This document shows positions 8,654 to 19,480 of a DNA stretch of 64,000 bases, piece after piece (positions within the stretch are counted from its first letter, which is position 1; every line of letters starts with the position of its first letter). The translations under genes and the position numbers were made by a program. The notes under the pieces were generated by a model. That model searched no databases, was not told the origin of the DNA, and saw nothing but the letters and a program-made list of their open reading frames with translations. The stretch spans positions 384,001-448,000 of the forward strand of contig OZ242274.1 in NCBI GenBank assembly GCA_965207375.1, written 5' to 3'. The DNA comes from Nitrosopumilaceae archaeon (GTDB lineage: Archaea; Thermoproteota; Nitrososphaeria; Nitrososphaerales; Nitrosopumilaceae).

Positions 8654-10048
8654 TTATTCTACAAAATGGGTTCTGACTAGATTGTCATAATATCTGATTG
8701 ATTTCATGTTTACAAATTCAAGCATTCCGTATCTTGACAATTCACGGCCAAAGCCGCTCTTTTTTACTCCTCCAAATGGAATCCTAGGATCTGATACCAG
8801 TACATTGTTTACAGAAACCATTCCAGCCTCTAGTTTTCTTGTGAATTTTTCTGCCTTGATCAAATCGCTGGTCCACACACTAGCACCTAGGCCAAATTCT
8901 GAATCATTTGCTAATTTGATCGAATCCATATCATCATCTACTACTATAATTGATGCAACAGGGCCAAATGTCTCCTCCGAATATATCCTCATCTCCTTGG
9001 TGATGTTTTTTAGAATTGTTGGTTTGTAAAAATAGCCCTTGTTGCCAACGTGTTGGGCTCCGGTTAAAACTTGAGCACCCTTGCCCTTTGCATCCTCTAC
9101 TTGCTCAGAAATGGTATCCAATCCGGACTTGTTAACTAGAGGTCCAATGTCAGTATCATCAGACATTGGATTTCCTACTCTGAGTTTTTCTGTATTTTTA
9201 ACAAAATTTTCAATAAAACTGTCTGCAATGTCTTTTGCTACAAAAAATCTTTTTGATGCTACACAACTTTGGCCGCAGTTGATAAAGCGGCCCTTTACTG
9301 CACCTTCTGCAGCCTTTATAGGATCTGCATCTGCGCAAACAATGAAAGGATCACTTCCGCCTAGTTCCAAGACACATTTTTTTAATCCGGCTGCTGCCCT
9401 TTGTCCTACCTTGATTCCAACGTTGGTGCTGCCAGTAAATGTAATTGCAGAGACATCAGATTCAAGCAGGTGTTCTGCAACAGAAGAATCACCTACCGCA
9501 GTTTGAAAAACACACTCTGGCAGTCCGGCCTTGGCAAGAAACGATTCAATCTCAATTCCGCATTGCATCGTAGCACTAGCAGGCTTTAGTACTATAGTAT
9601 TTCCTGCCATCAAAGAGGGTGCTGCAAATCGTAATGCTTGCCAGAATGGAAAATTCCAAGGCATGATGCTTCCAATTACGCCTAGAGGCTCAAATGCAAT
9701 TACGCTCTTTCTTGCATCTGTATTTAATGCCTCATCATGAAGAAATGATTTTCCATTGTCTGCATAATATTCAATTGCCCATGCACATTTTTCAATCTCC
9801 CCCTTGGATTCCTTGAGAGGTTTTCCCATCTCAGATGTGGCAATTCTTGCAAGGGAATCGGCATTCTTCCTCAGTTCCTGGGATACAAGATGCAATGCCG
9901 CAGTTCTCTTGTCAAAATCCTTTTGCCACAAGGAAAATGCCTGTTTTGATTTGGAGATTAGGCGGTCAACCTGTGATTTTCCCATAACATCATAATCTGC
10001 AAGTATTTGCTCCGTTGCAGGATTTACAGTGATTACCTTTGATGCCAT
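8654..10048 (-). CDS. NAD(P)-dependent aldehyde dehydrogenase, succinate-semialdehyde dehydrogenase type
   Basis: IMPWNFP, FTGST, LELGGSDP, GQSCV, EETFGP, PFGGVKKSGFGRE. Confidence 0.9.
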   Translation of the reverse strand: MASKVITVNPATEQILADYDVMGKSQVDRLISKSKQAFSLWQKDFDKRTAALHLVSQELRKNADSLARIATSEMGKPLKESKGEIEKCAWAIEYYADNGKSFLHDEALNTDARKSVIAFEPLGVIGSIMPWNFPFWQALRFAAPSLMAGNTIVLKPASATMQCGIEIESFLAKAGLPECVFQTAVGDSSVAEHLLESDVSAITFTGSTNVGIKVGQRAAAGLKKCVLELGGSDPFIVCADADPIKAAEGAVKGRFINCGQSCVASKRFFVAKDIADSFIENFVKNTEKLRVGNPMSDDTDIGPLVNKSGLDTISEQVEDAKGKGAQVLTGAQHVGNKGYFYKPTILKNITKEMRIYSEETFGPVASIIVVDDDMDSIKLANDSEFGLGASVWTSDLIKAEKFTRKLEAGMVSVNNVLVSDPRIPFGGVKKSGFGRELSRYGMLEFVNMKSIRYYDNLVRTHFVE

Positions 10049-10074
10049 ACAGGCTTGTGAAATTGTAATTTGTC

Positions 10075-10947
10075 TTATGAATCTATAGAATCATCAAGCA
10101 GACTTGCCCCAAAGACACCTGCAGAATCACCTAGCTTATTTTGTAAAATTGGAGTATCTACAGCATCACTAAAAACTCGTTTGTAGACCTCTTGTTTGCC
10201 TTGATCATACAAAAATTCCACGTTTGAAACTCCGCCGCCCAACACAATTGCATCAGGATCCAAAATGTCAATTACGTTTGCAAGTCCGGCTCCAAAATTA
10301 GCTAAAAATTCTTTTTTCCAAAGATGGTATGTCACAGTGGATGACATTACAATATCCTCAAGGCGCTGCTCTAGTCCGGTGAGTTCATTCCATCTTTTTT
10401 CTAATGCAGGTCCGCTGATATATGTCTCAACACAGCCTTGCCGTCCGCAATAACATGTATTTCCATTTTGATACAGCATGTGATGGCCCCATTCACCTGC
10501 AATGTTGGTGCGTCCACGGTAAACTTTGCCGTCAATTACTATGCCTCCGCCCACACCGGTACCTAAAATCACTCCGAAAACAACGCCATAGCCTTTGGCT
10601 GCACCCATTGTAGCCTCTGCCATTGCAAAACAGTTTGCATCGTTTTCCATCAAGACCTTTTGTCCTAATCTTTTTTCCAAATCCTGTCGCAACGGCCTTC
10701 CAATCAGGCATTGTGTGTTGCTGTTTTTTATCAGACCGGTTTGTGGGGAGATTGCACCAGGTGTACAGATGCCAATGGTACACTCTTCAGATTTTACTTT
10801 AGAAACTAAATCTGCTATAGATTGGACAATTGCGTTGTAATTTTGGCTCGGAGTGGGAACTCGCCTTCTAGAAATGACAGACATGTCATCGTCTAAAACA
10901 ATGACTTCAATCTTGGTTCCGCCAAGGTCAACGCCAATTTTATTCAC
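10075..10947 (-). CDS. ROK family sugar kinase
   Basis: GVDLGGTK, ENDAN, GTGVGGG, AGEWGH, CYCGRQGCVE. Confidence 0.9.
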   Translation of the reverse strand: MNKIGVDLGGTKIEVIVLDDDMSVISRRRVPTPSQNYNAIVQSIADLVSKVKSEECTIGICTPGAISPQTGLIKNSNTQCLIGRPLRQDLEKRLGQKVLMENDANCFAMAEATMGAAKGYGVVFGVILGTGVGGGIVIDGKVYRGRTNIAGEWGHHMLYQNGNTCYCGRQGCVETYISGPALEKRWNELTGLEQRLEDIVMSSTVTYHLWKKEFLANFGAGLANVIDILDPDAIVLGGGVSNVEFLYDQGKQEVYKRVFSDAVDTPILQNKLGDSAGVFGASLLDDSIDS

Positions 10948-10988
10948 AATGAATGTAAAAAGAAGATATGATTAAGTTTTGATTATAC

Positions 10989-12626
10989 CTACATTCCAGG
11001 CATGCCAGGCGGGCCTGCCGAGGGTCCGCCGCCGGGGGCGCCAGATACGGCAATTACGTCATCTATTCTCAGAATCATTGTAGCAGTTTCGGTGGCAGAT
11101 TTGATAATTTGCTCCTTTACCATAACTGGCTCTACAATATTTTGTACCAACATATCTGCAATCTTTGTGTTTTTTGCATCAATTCCGGTCCATTTTCTGC
11201 CTTGACTTTGTTTTGCCCTAAGATTTGCCATGGTATCAATTGGATCCATTCCGGCGTTTTCTGCAATGGTTAATGGAATTGTTTCTAGTGCCTCTGCATA
11301 TTTTTTGATCGCAAGCTGCTCTCTGCCGTTAAAAGTGTCAGCCCATTCTTTGAGTTGAGTTGCAACATATGCTTCTGGAGCTCCACCGCCTGCAACGATT
11401 GCAGGGTTTTCGATTACATCTTTTACTACCATTAATGCATCATGAATTGAACGATCAACTTCATCAACTACTCGTTGTGAGCCTCCTCGAATTAGAACCG
11501 TGACTGATTGTGGGTTTTTGCATCCTTCGATAAATACCCACTTGTCAGATTCTATCTTCTTTTGACAAACTAAATTAGCAAAACCCAAGTCATTTGAGGT
11601 CAGGTCATCAATGTTGGTAGAGACCCTACCGCCGGTTGCTTTTGCCAATTTTGTCATATCACTTTCTTTTACACGTCTTACTGCCAAGATTCCGTTCTTT
11701 GATAGATAGTGCTGTGCGATATCATCAATTCCTTTTTGGCATATTACAACGGTTGCGCCAACATCATGGAGTTTGTCTACCATGGTTTTGAGCATTCTGT
11801 TTTCCTCTTCTAAAAACATCTGCATTTGAGTTGGGTCAGTAATTCTAATTTCTGAGCTCATCTCAGTTTTTTCAATCTCCAATGCAGTGTTTAGTAGCGC
11901 AATGCTTGCCTTTTCAATTTTGGTAGGCATTCCACTGTGAACCACTTCTTTATCAAGAACAATACCCTCAATGAGTTGTGTGTCTTGAATGGAGGCACCT
12001 GATTTTTTTTCTACTTTGAGATTATCTAGATCAACTGCGTATTTGTCGTCTTTTTTGGTTGATATGCTTAAAACTGCATCTACAACTAGTGGGGTCAGTT
12101 TGTCGCTATCTTCAGAAATTAATTTTGATTGCATACTAGTAGTTGAGATTTTGTGCAATGATTCCTTATCATCTGGTTGTATTTTTTTGGATATTTCTGC
12201 AAGAATTTCAAGTGTTTTTTCTGATGCTGCCTGATATCCTTCAATAATCACAGAAGAGTGGACCTCTTTTTTGAGTAATTCACTTGCTTTTGCCAATAAT
12301 GCACCTGCAAATACTACCGATGAAGTGGTGCCGTCTCCTACTTCATTGTCTATGGTTTTTGAGATCTCTACCATCATTTTTGCTGCAGGATGTTGAACAT
12401 CAATTTCTTTTAAAATGGTGGCGCCGTCATTTGTAATTGTTACATCACCTAAAGAGTCAACTAACATCTTGTCTAATCCCCTCGGACCAAGACTTGTTCT
12501 GACTAGTTCTGCCACTAGTTTTGCTGCGGCAATGTTGTTTTCCTGTGCATCCTTTCCTTTTTGCTGGAGTGCACTCTCCTTTAGAACCAAAACAGGTCCG
12601 TTTGGTGTTTGTTGAATTGAAGCCAT
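10989..12626 (-). CDS. thermosome (group II chaperonin) subunit
   Basis: [47 protein letters not shown] tail. Confidence 0.97.
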   Translation of the reverse strand: MASIQQTPNGPVLVLKESALQQKGKDAQENNIAAAKLVAELVRTSLGPRGLDKMLVDSLGDVTITNDGATILKEIDVQHPAAKMMVEISKTIDNEVGDGTTSSVVFAGALLAKASELLKKEVHSSVIIEGYQAASEKTLEILAEISKKIQPDDKESLHKISTTSMQSKLISEDSDKLTPLVVDAVLSISTKKDDKYAVDLDNLKVEKKSGASIQDTQLIEGIVLDKEVVHSGMPTKIEKASIALLNTALEIEKTEMSSEIRITDPTQMQMFLEEENRMLKTMVDKLHDVGATVVICQKGIDDIAQHYLSKNGILAVRRVKESDMTKLAKATGGRVSTNIDDLTSNDLGFANLVCQKKIESDKWVFIEGCKNPQSVTVLIRGGSQRVVDEVDRSIHDALMVVKDVIENPAIVAGGGAPEAYVATQLKEWADTFNGREQLAIKKYAEALETIPLTIAENAGMDPIDTMANLRAKQSQGRKWTGIDAKNTKIADMLVQNIVEPVMVKEQIIKSATETATMILRIDDVIAVSGAPGGGPSAGPPGMPGM

Positions 12627-12751
12627 GTTTCAGCTCAACTGTGCTAATTACCCCTTTTTAACATTACGTAATTTGTGGCACATGGCCTTTGTCGTGCGTA
12701 TCGTACAGTATCATCTGTGTCTGTGCCAGAACCTCCTAGGTGTGATCTGAG

Positions 12752-12787
12752 GTAATAATTTTGTGTAGGTCATACCTAGAATCAGAT
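12752..12787 (-). repeat. dispersed intergenic repeat, copy A
   Basis: Reverse complement atctgattctaggtatgacctacacaaaattattac matches 19374-19409 at 27/36 positions. Confidence 0.4.
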
Positions 12788-12849
12788 GAGCAATCACGGC
12801 AAACCTGTCTTGACAGATATTGCGATCATTTGTCCTAAAGATGTATACA

Positions 12850-14613
12850 TTATATAATCGGTGAAACAAACGATCTTTTCTTGACATCGACAATTCCATT
12901 GCATGTTATACGTATCAAAGGCAATGCAAGAAATGGTAAAAACAGTGGCATCAGATGTGGTTTTTTGAACTTAGAGCCTGCATCAGTAATTGTGTCGCAG
13001 ATTTTTGCAAAGTTTTTGGAAACTGAATCAAAAGAATCAGTCGAAATGATTCCACCAAATTGCAGTGGCAGACTAGCAATTGTTTTGCCCCTACGTACAA
13101 CAGTCATTCCACCCTGCGAATTTATCAGATTGTTTGCAGCAGCTGCCATGTCTTTTTCATCTGAACCAATTACAATTAGATCATTTTCATGAAAACTCCA
13201 TGTTGATGCAAATGCACCAATATCTGCACCAAAGTTTGCAAGAAATCCTACAACGCTTTTGTTTGTTTGTGATGTCCTGTCAAATGCTGCCACCTTGTAG
13301 ATGTCTTTGTCATATGAGCATTCGACGTTTCCATTCTTTGTACAAAGATCTACAGTACCTAGTTTTGTAATAATTTCAGTAAGCATAGTTATTGTATTTG
13401 CAGTTACAGTTTGTTTTTTTGATTTTACTGTAAAGTCCTCTGCTGAGAATTTTTTGAGGTTTACTGTGTTGCGAAGCTTTTTGGAAATTGCATACTGTTT
13501 GATTTTTGCAATAATTTTGCCATCAGATACGACAAGTTTACCTCCGACAAAGACCTTGCTTGGTTTGAACTGTTTCATATTGTCAAAGACCAAAATGTCT
13601 GCAAGTTTTCCCGGTGCAATTCCTCCAAGATCCTTTCCCATGTTGTAATAGTCAAAGCAGTTGCGCGATGCCATGGTAACTGCATCAATTGGATCAACTC
13701 CTAGTTTGATAGACTCTCTTATGCAGTGATCAATGTGGCCGAAATGTTTGATGTCGTGTGGATCAAGACCATCTGAGCAAAACATGAGCCTGTCAGTATA
13801 GGTTCCATGAGACAGTACTCTTGGAATGATTTCTCGAAGGTCCCGTCGTATGGAACCATCTCTTATCATAATCCACATTCCTAGACGCAGTCTGTCTAGA
13901 ACCTGATCAAAGTCAATGGGTTCGTGACATGACAGAATTCCTGATGCAACATATGCGTTGAGTTTTTTCTCAGATGCTCCTGCAGTATGTCCGTTGATGA
14001 TACAGTCAGCCTCAAGCATTGCAGACAGGTCCCTCATTGTTTTAGGATCCCTCATTGTAACTTTGGTCCAGGAAAATACCTCACCTAATCCAAGCACGCC
14101 AGGGTCTTTTACTACAGCCTTTATCTGGGATGTAGTAAGGGATTTTCCATGACTGAACTTTGGATCAACTGGCAAGCCGCCGGGCACTAGATTAAAAATT
14201 CTAATGGGCAAATTGCTACAAGCCTTGAGAAATTCTCTGAATCCGTCATTGCCTGCAATACTTACAATGTCAATCGGATCTGAAAATAACGAGGTAACGC
14301 CGCAGAGCAGTGATTTTTTTGCAAGCTCCGATGGCAAAACAAATTGGTCAATGTGAGTGTGAGGATCTGCAAAACCCGGAGTGACGTACTTTCCTGCCAA
14401 ATCCATCACTATAGTTTTTGAGCCCATAGTGTGGGATGCATCAGGGCCGACATAGCAGATTCTATCTTTTATGATTGCAATCTGAGAGTTGGGTAGCTGC
14501 TCCCGCGTGTAAACTGATAACACACAACAGTTAATCAAAACAAGATCGGCTTTAGAGTCTCCCATAGCGGTAGAATTTAGTGCACGAATTGATGAGGACA
14601 GCTTTGATGTCAC
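12850..14613 (-). CDS. ade: adenine deaminase
   Basis: PGFADPHTHID, GLGEV, INGH, SCHE, FCSDG, GHIDH, IAPGKLADI and the C-terminal Ade domain. Confidence 0.85.
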   Translation of the reverse strand: MTSKLSSSIRALNSTAMGDSKADLVLINCCVLSVYTREQLPNSQIAIIKDRICYVGPDASHTMGSKTIVMDLAGKYVTPGFADPHTHIDQFVLPSELAKKSLLCGVTSLFSDPIDIVSIAGNDGFREFLKACSNLPIRIFNLVPGGLPVDPKFSHGKSLTTSQIKAVVKDPGVLGLGEVFSWTKVTMRDPKTMRDLSAMLEADCIINGHTAGASEKKLNAYVASGILSCHEPIDFDQVLDRLRLGMWIMIRDGSIRRDLREIIPRVLSHGTYTDRLMFCSDGLDPHDIKHFGHIDHCIRESIKLGVDPIDAVTMASRNCFDYYNMGKDLGGIAPGKLADILVFDNMKQFKPSKVFVGGKLVVSDGKIIAKIKQYAISKKLRNTVNLKKFSAEDFTVKSKKQTVTANTITMLTEIITKLGTVDLCTKNGNVECSYDKDIYKVAAFDRTSQTNKSVVGFLANFGADIGAFASTWSFHENDLIVIGSDEKDMAAAANNLINSQGGMTVVRRGKTIASLPLQFGGIISTDSFDSVSKNFAKICDTITDAGSKFKKPHLMPLFLPFLALPLIRITCNGIVDVKKRSFVSPII

Positions 14614-14674
14614 AAAACATTGGGAGAGTTTGAGCCTATTATACTTAAATTACGGCAAACAGGGTCTAATCGAT

Positions 14675-14956
14675 ATGAACATACCCAAGGTAATTCGCAA
14701 GTATTGTCCAAAATGTAAGACCCATACTGACCAAAAGGTCTCAATTTACAAGGCAGGAAAGAGGCGCGGTTCGGCAAGAGGTGAACGCAGACACGCCGAA
14801 AGAAAACACGGGTATGGAGGTCAAAAGTTCCCAAAGCTTGCAAAACCTGCCAAGGTTACAAAGAAGGTTACTCCGATGCTGACATGCTCGGTGTGCAAGA
14901 AAAAATATAATAAACTTGGTATTAGAATTAAAAAGTTCGAGTTGGTGGCCGCATGA
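14675..14956 (+). CDS. rpl44e: 50S ribosomal protein L44e
   Basis: MNIPKVIRKYCPKCKTHT...GYGGQKFP...CSVC. Confidence 0.96.
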   Translation: MNIPKVIRKYCPKCKTHTDQKVSIYKAGKRRGSARGERRHAERKHGYGGQKFPKLAKPAKVTKKVTPMLTCSVCKKKYNKLGIRIKKFELVAA

Positions 14957-15150
14957 AAAGAACACACGTTTCAATACCAAAGCCAAACAGCAAGTTTAAC
15001 AAGGTTAACTGCAACGAATGTGGCGAACAGCAAGTTGTTTATTCACATGTAACAACTTCAATCACATGCAACTCTTGTGGAAACATAATTGCAGAGGCGA
15101 CAGGGTCCTTGGCAAAACTTAACGGTAAAATCTCAGGCAGTGCCGAGTAA
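14953..15150 (+). CDS. rps27e: 30S ribosomal protein S27e
   Basis: PKPNSKFNKVNCNECG...CNSCG; ATGA overlap with rpl44e. Confidence 0.95.
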   Translation: MKRTHVSIPKPNSKFNKVNCNECGEQQVVYSHVTTSITCNSCGNIIAEATGSLAKLNGKISGSAE

Positions 15151-15717
15151 TTTGTAATCCTGTGCAGTATTTAGATTAAAGGCGATTTTTTTGTCATCTA
15201 AGATGATATAGTTTTGCCGTACTGCATCATCGTTTGTAATATTTTTTGCATTAATTAAAGAAATTCCTGTGTATATGCAGTCATGTCCCTGATGGGACAC
15301 CAAAAAATCTGATTTGAATCCCAATGATTCAAAAAATTCCCTAGTTACAACAAAGCTGGTCCAAGTTTTGGAGAGATCATATTTGGCAACCATCTGGCAA
15401 ATTATCGACCCATCCAAATATGGCAAATCCCCTGACACTACCAAAACATGATCGTGTATTTGTTGTAAAATTTGATTCAGATCTTTTGAATATCCCTGGC
15501 CCTTTGTTTGCAAAATTTCAATATTGTTTTCTTTGAGATAGTGATGTGTCTTGGGAGAATTAGGAGATGTAATTGCATGTATCTTTTCAAAACATGCAGA
15601 ATTGTACAATGCGTCAATTACGTGCATTATGACAGGCTTTTTGTAATTTAGCAAAAGTTTTTCGCCTACAGATCTCATTCTAGAGCCCCTGCCTCCGGCC
15701 ATAACTAGTCCAATCAT
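15133..15717 (-). CDS. cobY: adenosylcobinamide-phosphate guanylyltransferase
   Basis: MAGGRGSRM...EK, SGDLP, FNLNT; located in the cob operon. Confidence 0.85.
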   Translation of the reverse strand: MIGLVMAGGRGSRMRSVGEKLLLNYKKPVIMHVIDALYNSACFEKIHAITSPNSPKTHHYLKENNIEILQTKGQGYSKDLNQILQQIHDHVLVVSGDLPYLDGSIICQMVAKYDLSKTWTSFVVTREFFESLGFKSDFLVSHQGHDCIYTGISLINAKNITNDDAVRQNYIILDDKKIAFNLNTAQDYKLLGTA

Positions 15718-16439
15718 ATCGTGACAAACACCATCAAGGAAGCAAGTCGCGTAAGCTCGTTTGTGGCACCCAAAACATCGCCGGTAATTCCACCAAAACT
15801 GCGCGTAGATAATGCAAGCAAAAACAGAGTCAACGACATAGTTACGCCTAGCATTACTAGACCCGTAGTTTCTCCAATTATAGCCACAGGAATTATCATT
15901 ATTACAAAGGCTGCAGCCAGTCTTTGTCGATCTTTCATAATTTGTACAAATGGTGAGTTTGAGCCAATAGCAGCCGAGTGACCAAGACCTGCCATTAAAA
16001 CCATAGAGAATTTTGCCAAAATTTCACTAATCAAAATTGCACGAAACAGATCAAATCCACTAGTCAGAGATATGACAATTATCAATCCCACAATGTACAG
16101 TACAATTCCAACAATTCCTGCCGAGCCAGTTGATACATCCTTCATAACCTCGAGTTTTTTGGATTTGCTTGCTCTTACCATCAGACCGTCTGCAAAGTCG
16201 GCCAATCCGTCTGCATGATGGATTCCTGTAACTATGGCAAGTGAGGCTACCACTAGCAGACTGACCAATAACGGATCCATAAATTCAGATAATCCTAATC
16301 CAATAGAACCAACTAGTAGTCCAATTACAATTCCAACTACCGGAAATAGATACATGTACTTTGCAGTGTTGTCCAGTGTAGCACCAGATGATGGAAATAT
16401 TGTAAGAAATGAGAAAACAGAGCCTGCCTCTCTAAGCAT
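15714..16439 (-). CDS. cobS: cobalamin synthase
   Basis: FLTIFP, TGIHHADGLADFADG, MKD, FGGITGDVLGATNE. Confidence 0.93.
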   Translation of the reverse strand: MLREAGSVFSFLTIFPSSGATLDNTAKYMYLFPVVGIVIGLLVGSIGLGLSEFMDPLLVSLLVVASLAIVTGIHHADGLADFADGLMVRASKSKKLEVMKDVSTGSAGIVGIVLYIVGLIIVISLTSGFDLFRAILISEILAKFSMVLMAGLGHSAAIGSNSPFVQIMKDRQRLAAAFVIMIIPVAIIGETTGLVMLGVTMSLTLFLLALSTRSFGGITGDVLGATNELTRLASLMVFVTI

Positions 16440-17391
16440 TAAAGATCCACCCCAGCGTCACGATAATTGGTACTACAATTATAATAAAAAACAGCAACGA
16501 GGTTAGATACATCATTGAAATTGCAGACTGTATGTGTTGTTTGGTCAATTGTATATCGCCGTTTCCCAGTTTGTAGTGATCGATTTTCTCAAACCTTGTT
16601 CCAAGTGCGCCTGCAAGAGCTGCCATAGGATATCCTGCATTTGGACTAGCAGTTTTTCTGCCATCGCGAATCATGACATTATAGGACGCTCTCCAGTCCT
16701 GCGCAAGTATGGCAGCCGAGACAATGAACAATAATCCGGTTAATCTTGAAGGGATAAAATTCAGTACAGTGTCACAAATAGCTGCAAACCAGCCGATATT
16801 TTTGAAAATGTCATTTTTGTATGCAATCATAGAGTCTGCAGTGTTTACGATACGATACACAAATGCACCTGGGATGCCAAATACTGCAAAATAAAAGAGT
16901 GGGCCCGTGATTCCGTCTACCGTATTCTCACTTATGCTTTCAAGCACGCCTGAAATTATGTGATTTTTGTCTAGATCTTTGGCATCACGCTTTACAATCA
17001 TTGAAAGATTTGCTCTTGCCGACTCTAAATTGTTATCTTCAAGGCATGCCAATACTGCAAAGGCGTGGCGTTTCATGCCCCGTATGGCAATTGTGCTTTT
17101 GAGCAGCAACGAGCCCAAAACGATATAGATTGCAAATAGCCAGGGTCCTGCAAGCATTGCAATTGCACCATACAGTACAGCAAGGCACAACAAAACTATA
17201 CCCATAGTAATTGATACGACAAGGAATCCGCCGATTCTTTCTACTGTGGCGTTTTGATGTATCATGACAGGAGTTAGTCTTGCAATTATAGTCCCAATCC
17301 ATGCAGTCGGATGATATTTGTTTTTAGGATCGCCAAATGCAAAATCTAATCCCAATGCAAATACTGCAATTATAACAGACTCTACAATCAT
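16432..17391 (-). CDS. cbiB: adenosylcobinamide-phosphate synthase
   Basis: GDP...HP, ESISENTVDG, YRIVNTADSMIAY, NFIPSRL, SPNAGYPMAA. Confidence 0.93.
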   Translation of the reverse strand: MIVESVIIAVFALGLDFAFGDPKNKYHPTAWIGTIIARLTPVMIHQNATVERIGGFLVVSITMGIVLLCLAVLYGAIAMLAGPWLFAIYIVLGSLLLKSTIAIRGMKRHAFAVLACLEDNNLESARANLSMIVKRDAKDLDKNHIISGVLESISENTVDGITGPLFYFAVFGIPGAFVYRIVNTADSMIAYKNDIFKNIGWFAAICDTVLNFIPSRLTGLLFIVSAAILAQDWRASYNVMIRDGRKTASPNAGYPMAALAGALGTRFEKIDHYKLGNGDIQLTKQHIQSAISMMYLTSLLFFIIIVVPIIVTLGWIFNA

Positions 17392-18224
17392 TTTATCATC
17401 CTCTCTATTTTTTTAATATCTAAATTCGCTGAAACGATTTTTGCCAAGCAGTCTAGCTCTTTGTCGATTTTTTTGATGTTTTGTTTGGTCCATGCGATTT
17501 TTTTAGGATTCGCATTAAGAGAATCTTCTTCAGGTAGGATAATCTTTGTCATAGGAATGGTTCCTAGAACTGGAATTTTGGTAATCTGCTTTAATTTTTT
17601 AAAGCCCGGCTTTAGCACATCAATATCTCCACGAAACTTGTTGAAAACAAATCCTTTGATTAGATTTTGGTATTTTTTCTCAAGTAATGCCACAGTACCT
17701 GCCAGACTTGCAAAGGAGCCTCCTCGGTCAATGTCTGAAACTAGCAGAACAGATGCGGCTGCAATGTAAGCAATTTGCATGTTTGCAATGTCGTATTGTA
17801 TATTAATCTCTGCAGGGGAGCCTGCACCTTCCAATATTATCAAATCATATTGTTCTTTTAATTTAGACAGGGATTTAGTAGCTGCTCTTATGCCCAGAGT
17901 TCTTGTAAATTTTGCATAATAGTCTTTTGCATGCATTTTCTTGTAACGCTTGCCGTTTAGATAGACCATACTATAGTAATTTCCTAGAGGTTTGAGCATT
18001 ATAGGATTCAAGTCAGGTGTGATGCTACATCTTGCACCTATTGCCTGAATGGCCTGAGCACGAGATATCTCAAAGTCATCTGTACAATAACCAAAATTTG
18101 ACATGTTTTGTGACTTGTATGGTGCAACTTTGTATCCTCGGTCTGAGAATATTCGGCACAATGCTGCAACAAGCGTGGTTTTGCCTGCTCCTGAGGAGGT
18201 TCCCTGAACCATTAGAGATTTCAT
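17388..18224 (-). CDS. cobQ: cobyric acid synthase, ATP-binding domain only
   Basis: LMVQGTSSGAGKT, KSQNMSN, NPIMLKP, EGAGSPAEIN, DIDRGG, NKFRGD, EEDS; ends at 278 aa. Confidence 0.88.
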   Translation of the reverse strand: MKSLMVQGTSSGAGKTTLVAALCRIFSDRGYKVAPYKSQNMSNFGYCTDDFEISRAQAIQAIGARCSITPDLNPIMLKPLGNYYSMVYLNGKRYKKMHAKDYYAKFTRTLGIRAATKSLSKLKEQYDLIILEGAGSPAEINIQYDIANMQIAYIAAASVLLVSDIDRGGSFASLAGTVALLEKKYQNLIKGFVFNKFRGDIDVLKPGFKKLKQITKIPVLGTIPMTKIILPEEDSLNANPKKIAWTKQNIKKIDKELDCLAKIVSANLDIKKIERMIK

Positions 18225-19300
18225 GCAGCTTTCTCCAGTGCACTGATTAGTTTTAGGTTATCCTTGTGAGTCCTCACTGCAATCCGGATATAGTGGTTGT
18301 TTAATCCTTGAAAGTTTTTGCAATCACGAATTAAAATTTTGTGTTTTAGCAGTTTTTTTTGAAGTTTTGTAGAATCCTGTTTTGTTTTGACTAGGATAAA
18401 GTTGGCAACAGAGTCATGACATTCAAATTCTGCAAATTCGTTGATTTTGTTTTTCAAAAAATTAGATTCTTTTTTTATGATGCTTTTAGATTTTTTCAGG
18501 TGGGTTTTGTTTTTAATTGCCAAGAGTCCTGCCTGTTGGGCCAAAGCATTAACACTCCAAGGAATTTTTGTTTTTTGCAGAATTGAAATTATCTGTTGTG
18601 ATGCTGCAGCATATCCTATTCTTATACCTGCTAGCCCAAAAGATTTTGTCAATGATCTAAGAACAAAAAGATTATCGTGTTTTTTTACGAGATTTAAAAT
18701 TGATTGATCAGAATCAGGAACTAGTTCTATAAAGCATTCATCAACAAATACAATGCAGGATTTTTTTCCCGCTGCCTGTATGATTCTTGCCAGTTGTTTT
18801 TTGCAAAGCATGGTTCCGGTTGGATTATTTGGATTGCATACAAAGACACAACCATTTTTTGGAATTTTCCGTATAAACGCCTCCAAGCTCTCGGCTATAT
18901 TCATTGACTGAAAATGTGAAATTTTACAAACAGCCAGCCGTGCTGCAGCCTCATACTCTCCAAAGGTGGGCGCCTGAATCAAAACCCTCTTTTTTGACAA
19001 AAAAGTATTGCAGAAATTATAGATTATCTCGATTGCACCGTTTCCTACAAGCAGATTAGATTCTGCAAGTTTTGTGTATTTTTTGAGGCCGTGCATCAAA
19101 TCAGAAGAATACAAATCAGGATAATTCTCCATTGTGTAAAGTTTTTGCCTCAAAGCAGTCTTGACACTCGATGGCATTCCTGCAGGAGATACATTTGAGC
19201 TAAAGTCAATGGTATCTGGATCACAGTTATGTACAGAGTATGGTCCACCATGGGCAACAGGATTATGAGTTAGAATACTAGGCTTGACTCTTATTTTCAC
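18221..19300 (-). CDS. cobD: L-threonine-O-3-phosphate decarboxylase (PLP, HisC-like)
   Basis: HGG, DFSSNVSP, CNPNNPTG, VDECF, RSLTKSFGLAGIRIG; first gene of the cob operon. Confidence 0.85.
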   Translation of the reverse strand: MKIRVKPSILTHNPVAHGGPYSVHNCDPDTIDFSSNVSPAGMPSSVKTALRQKLYTMENYPDLYSSDLMHGLKKYTKLAESNLLVGNGAIEIIYNFCNTFLSKKRVLIQAPTFGEYEAAARLAVCKISHFQSMNIAESLEAFIRKIPKNGCVFVCNPNNPTGTMLCKKQLARIIQAAGKKSCIVFVDECFIELVPDSDQSILNLVKKHDNLFVLRSLTKSFGLAGIRIGYAAASQQIISILQKTKIPWSVNALAQQAGLLAIKNKTHLKKSKSIIKKESNFLKNKINEFAEFECHDSVANFILVKTKQDSTKLQKKLLKHKILIRDCKNFQGLNNHYIRIAVRTHKDNLKLISALEKAA

Positions 19301-19343
19301 AGTATCAGATAGGAATAGACAATATAGTATCTTTTGGTGAATC

Positions 19344-19428
19344 GTAAGAGGCTAGGTTCACTGTTTCCTGTATATCTGATTCTAGGCACGGATGACACAA
19401 AGTTGTCACGCCGGAGCTAGTCTCTTGC
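19344..19428. repeat. 85-bp element bounded by inverted repeats, containing dispersed repeat copy B
   Basis: gtaagaggctag ... ctagtctcttgc (10/12 inverted match); 19374-19409 matches 12752-12787. Confidence 0.4.
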
Positions 19429-19480
19429 TTTCTAAATCCTGAAAAACGATTATTAATTGAATCCTAGATTACAGTAAATT

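Noticed and set aside
19301-19480. Possible cobalamin riboswitch before the cob operon
   Set aside because: No B12-box motifs; the TATA-like element is about 25 nt from the start, leaving no long 5' UTR
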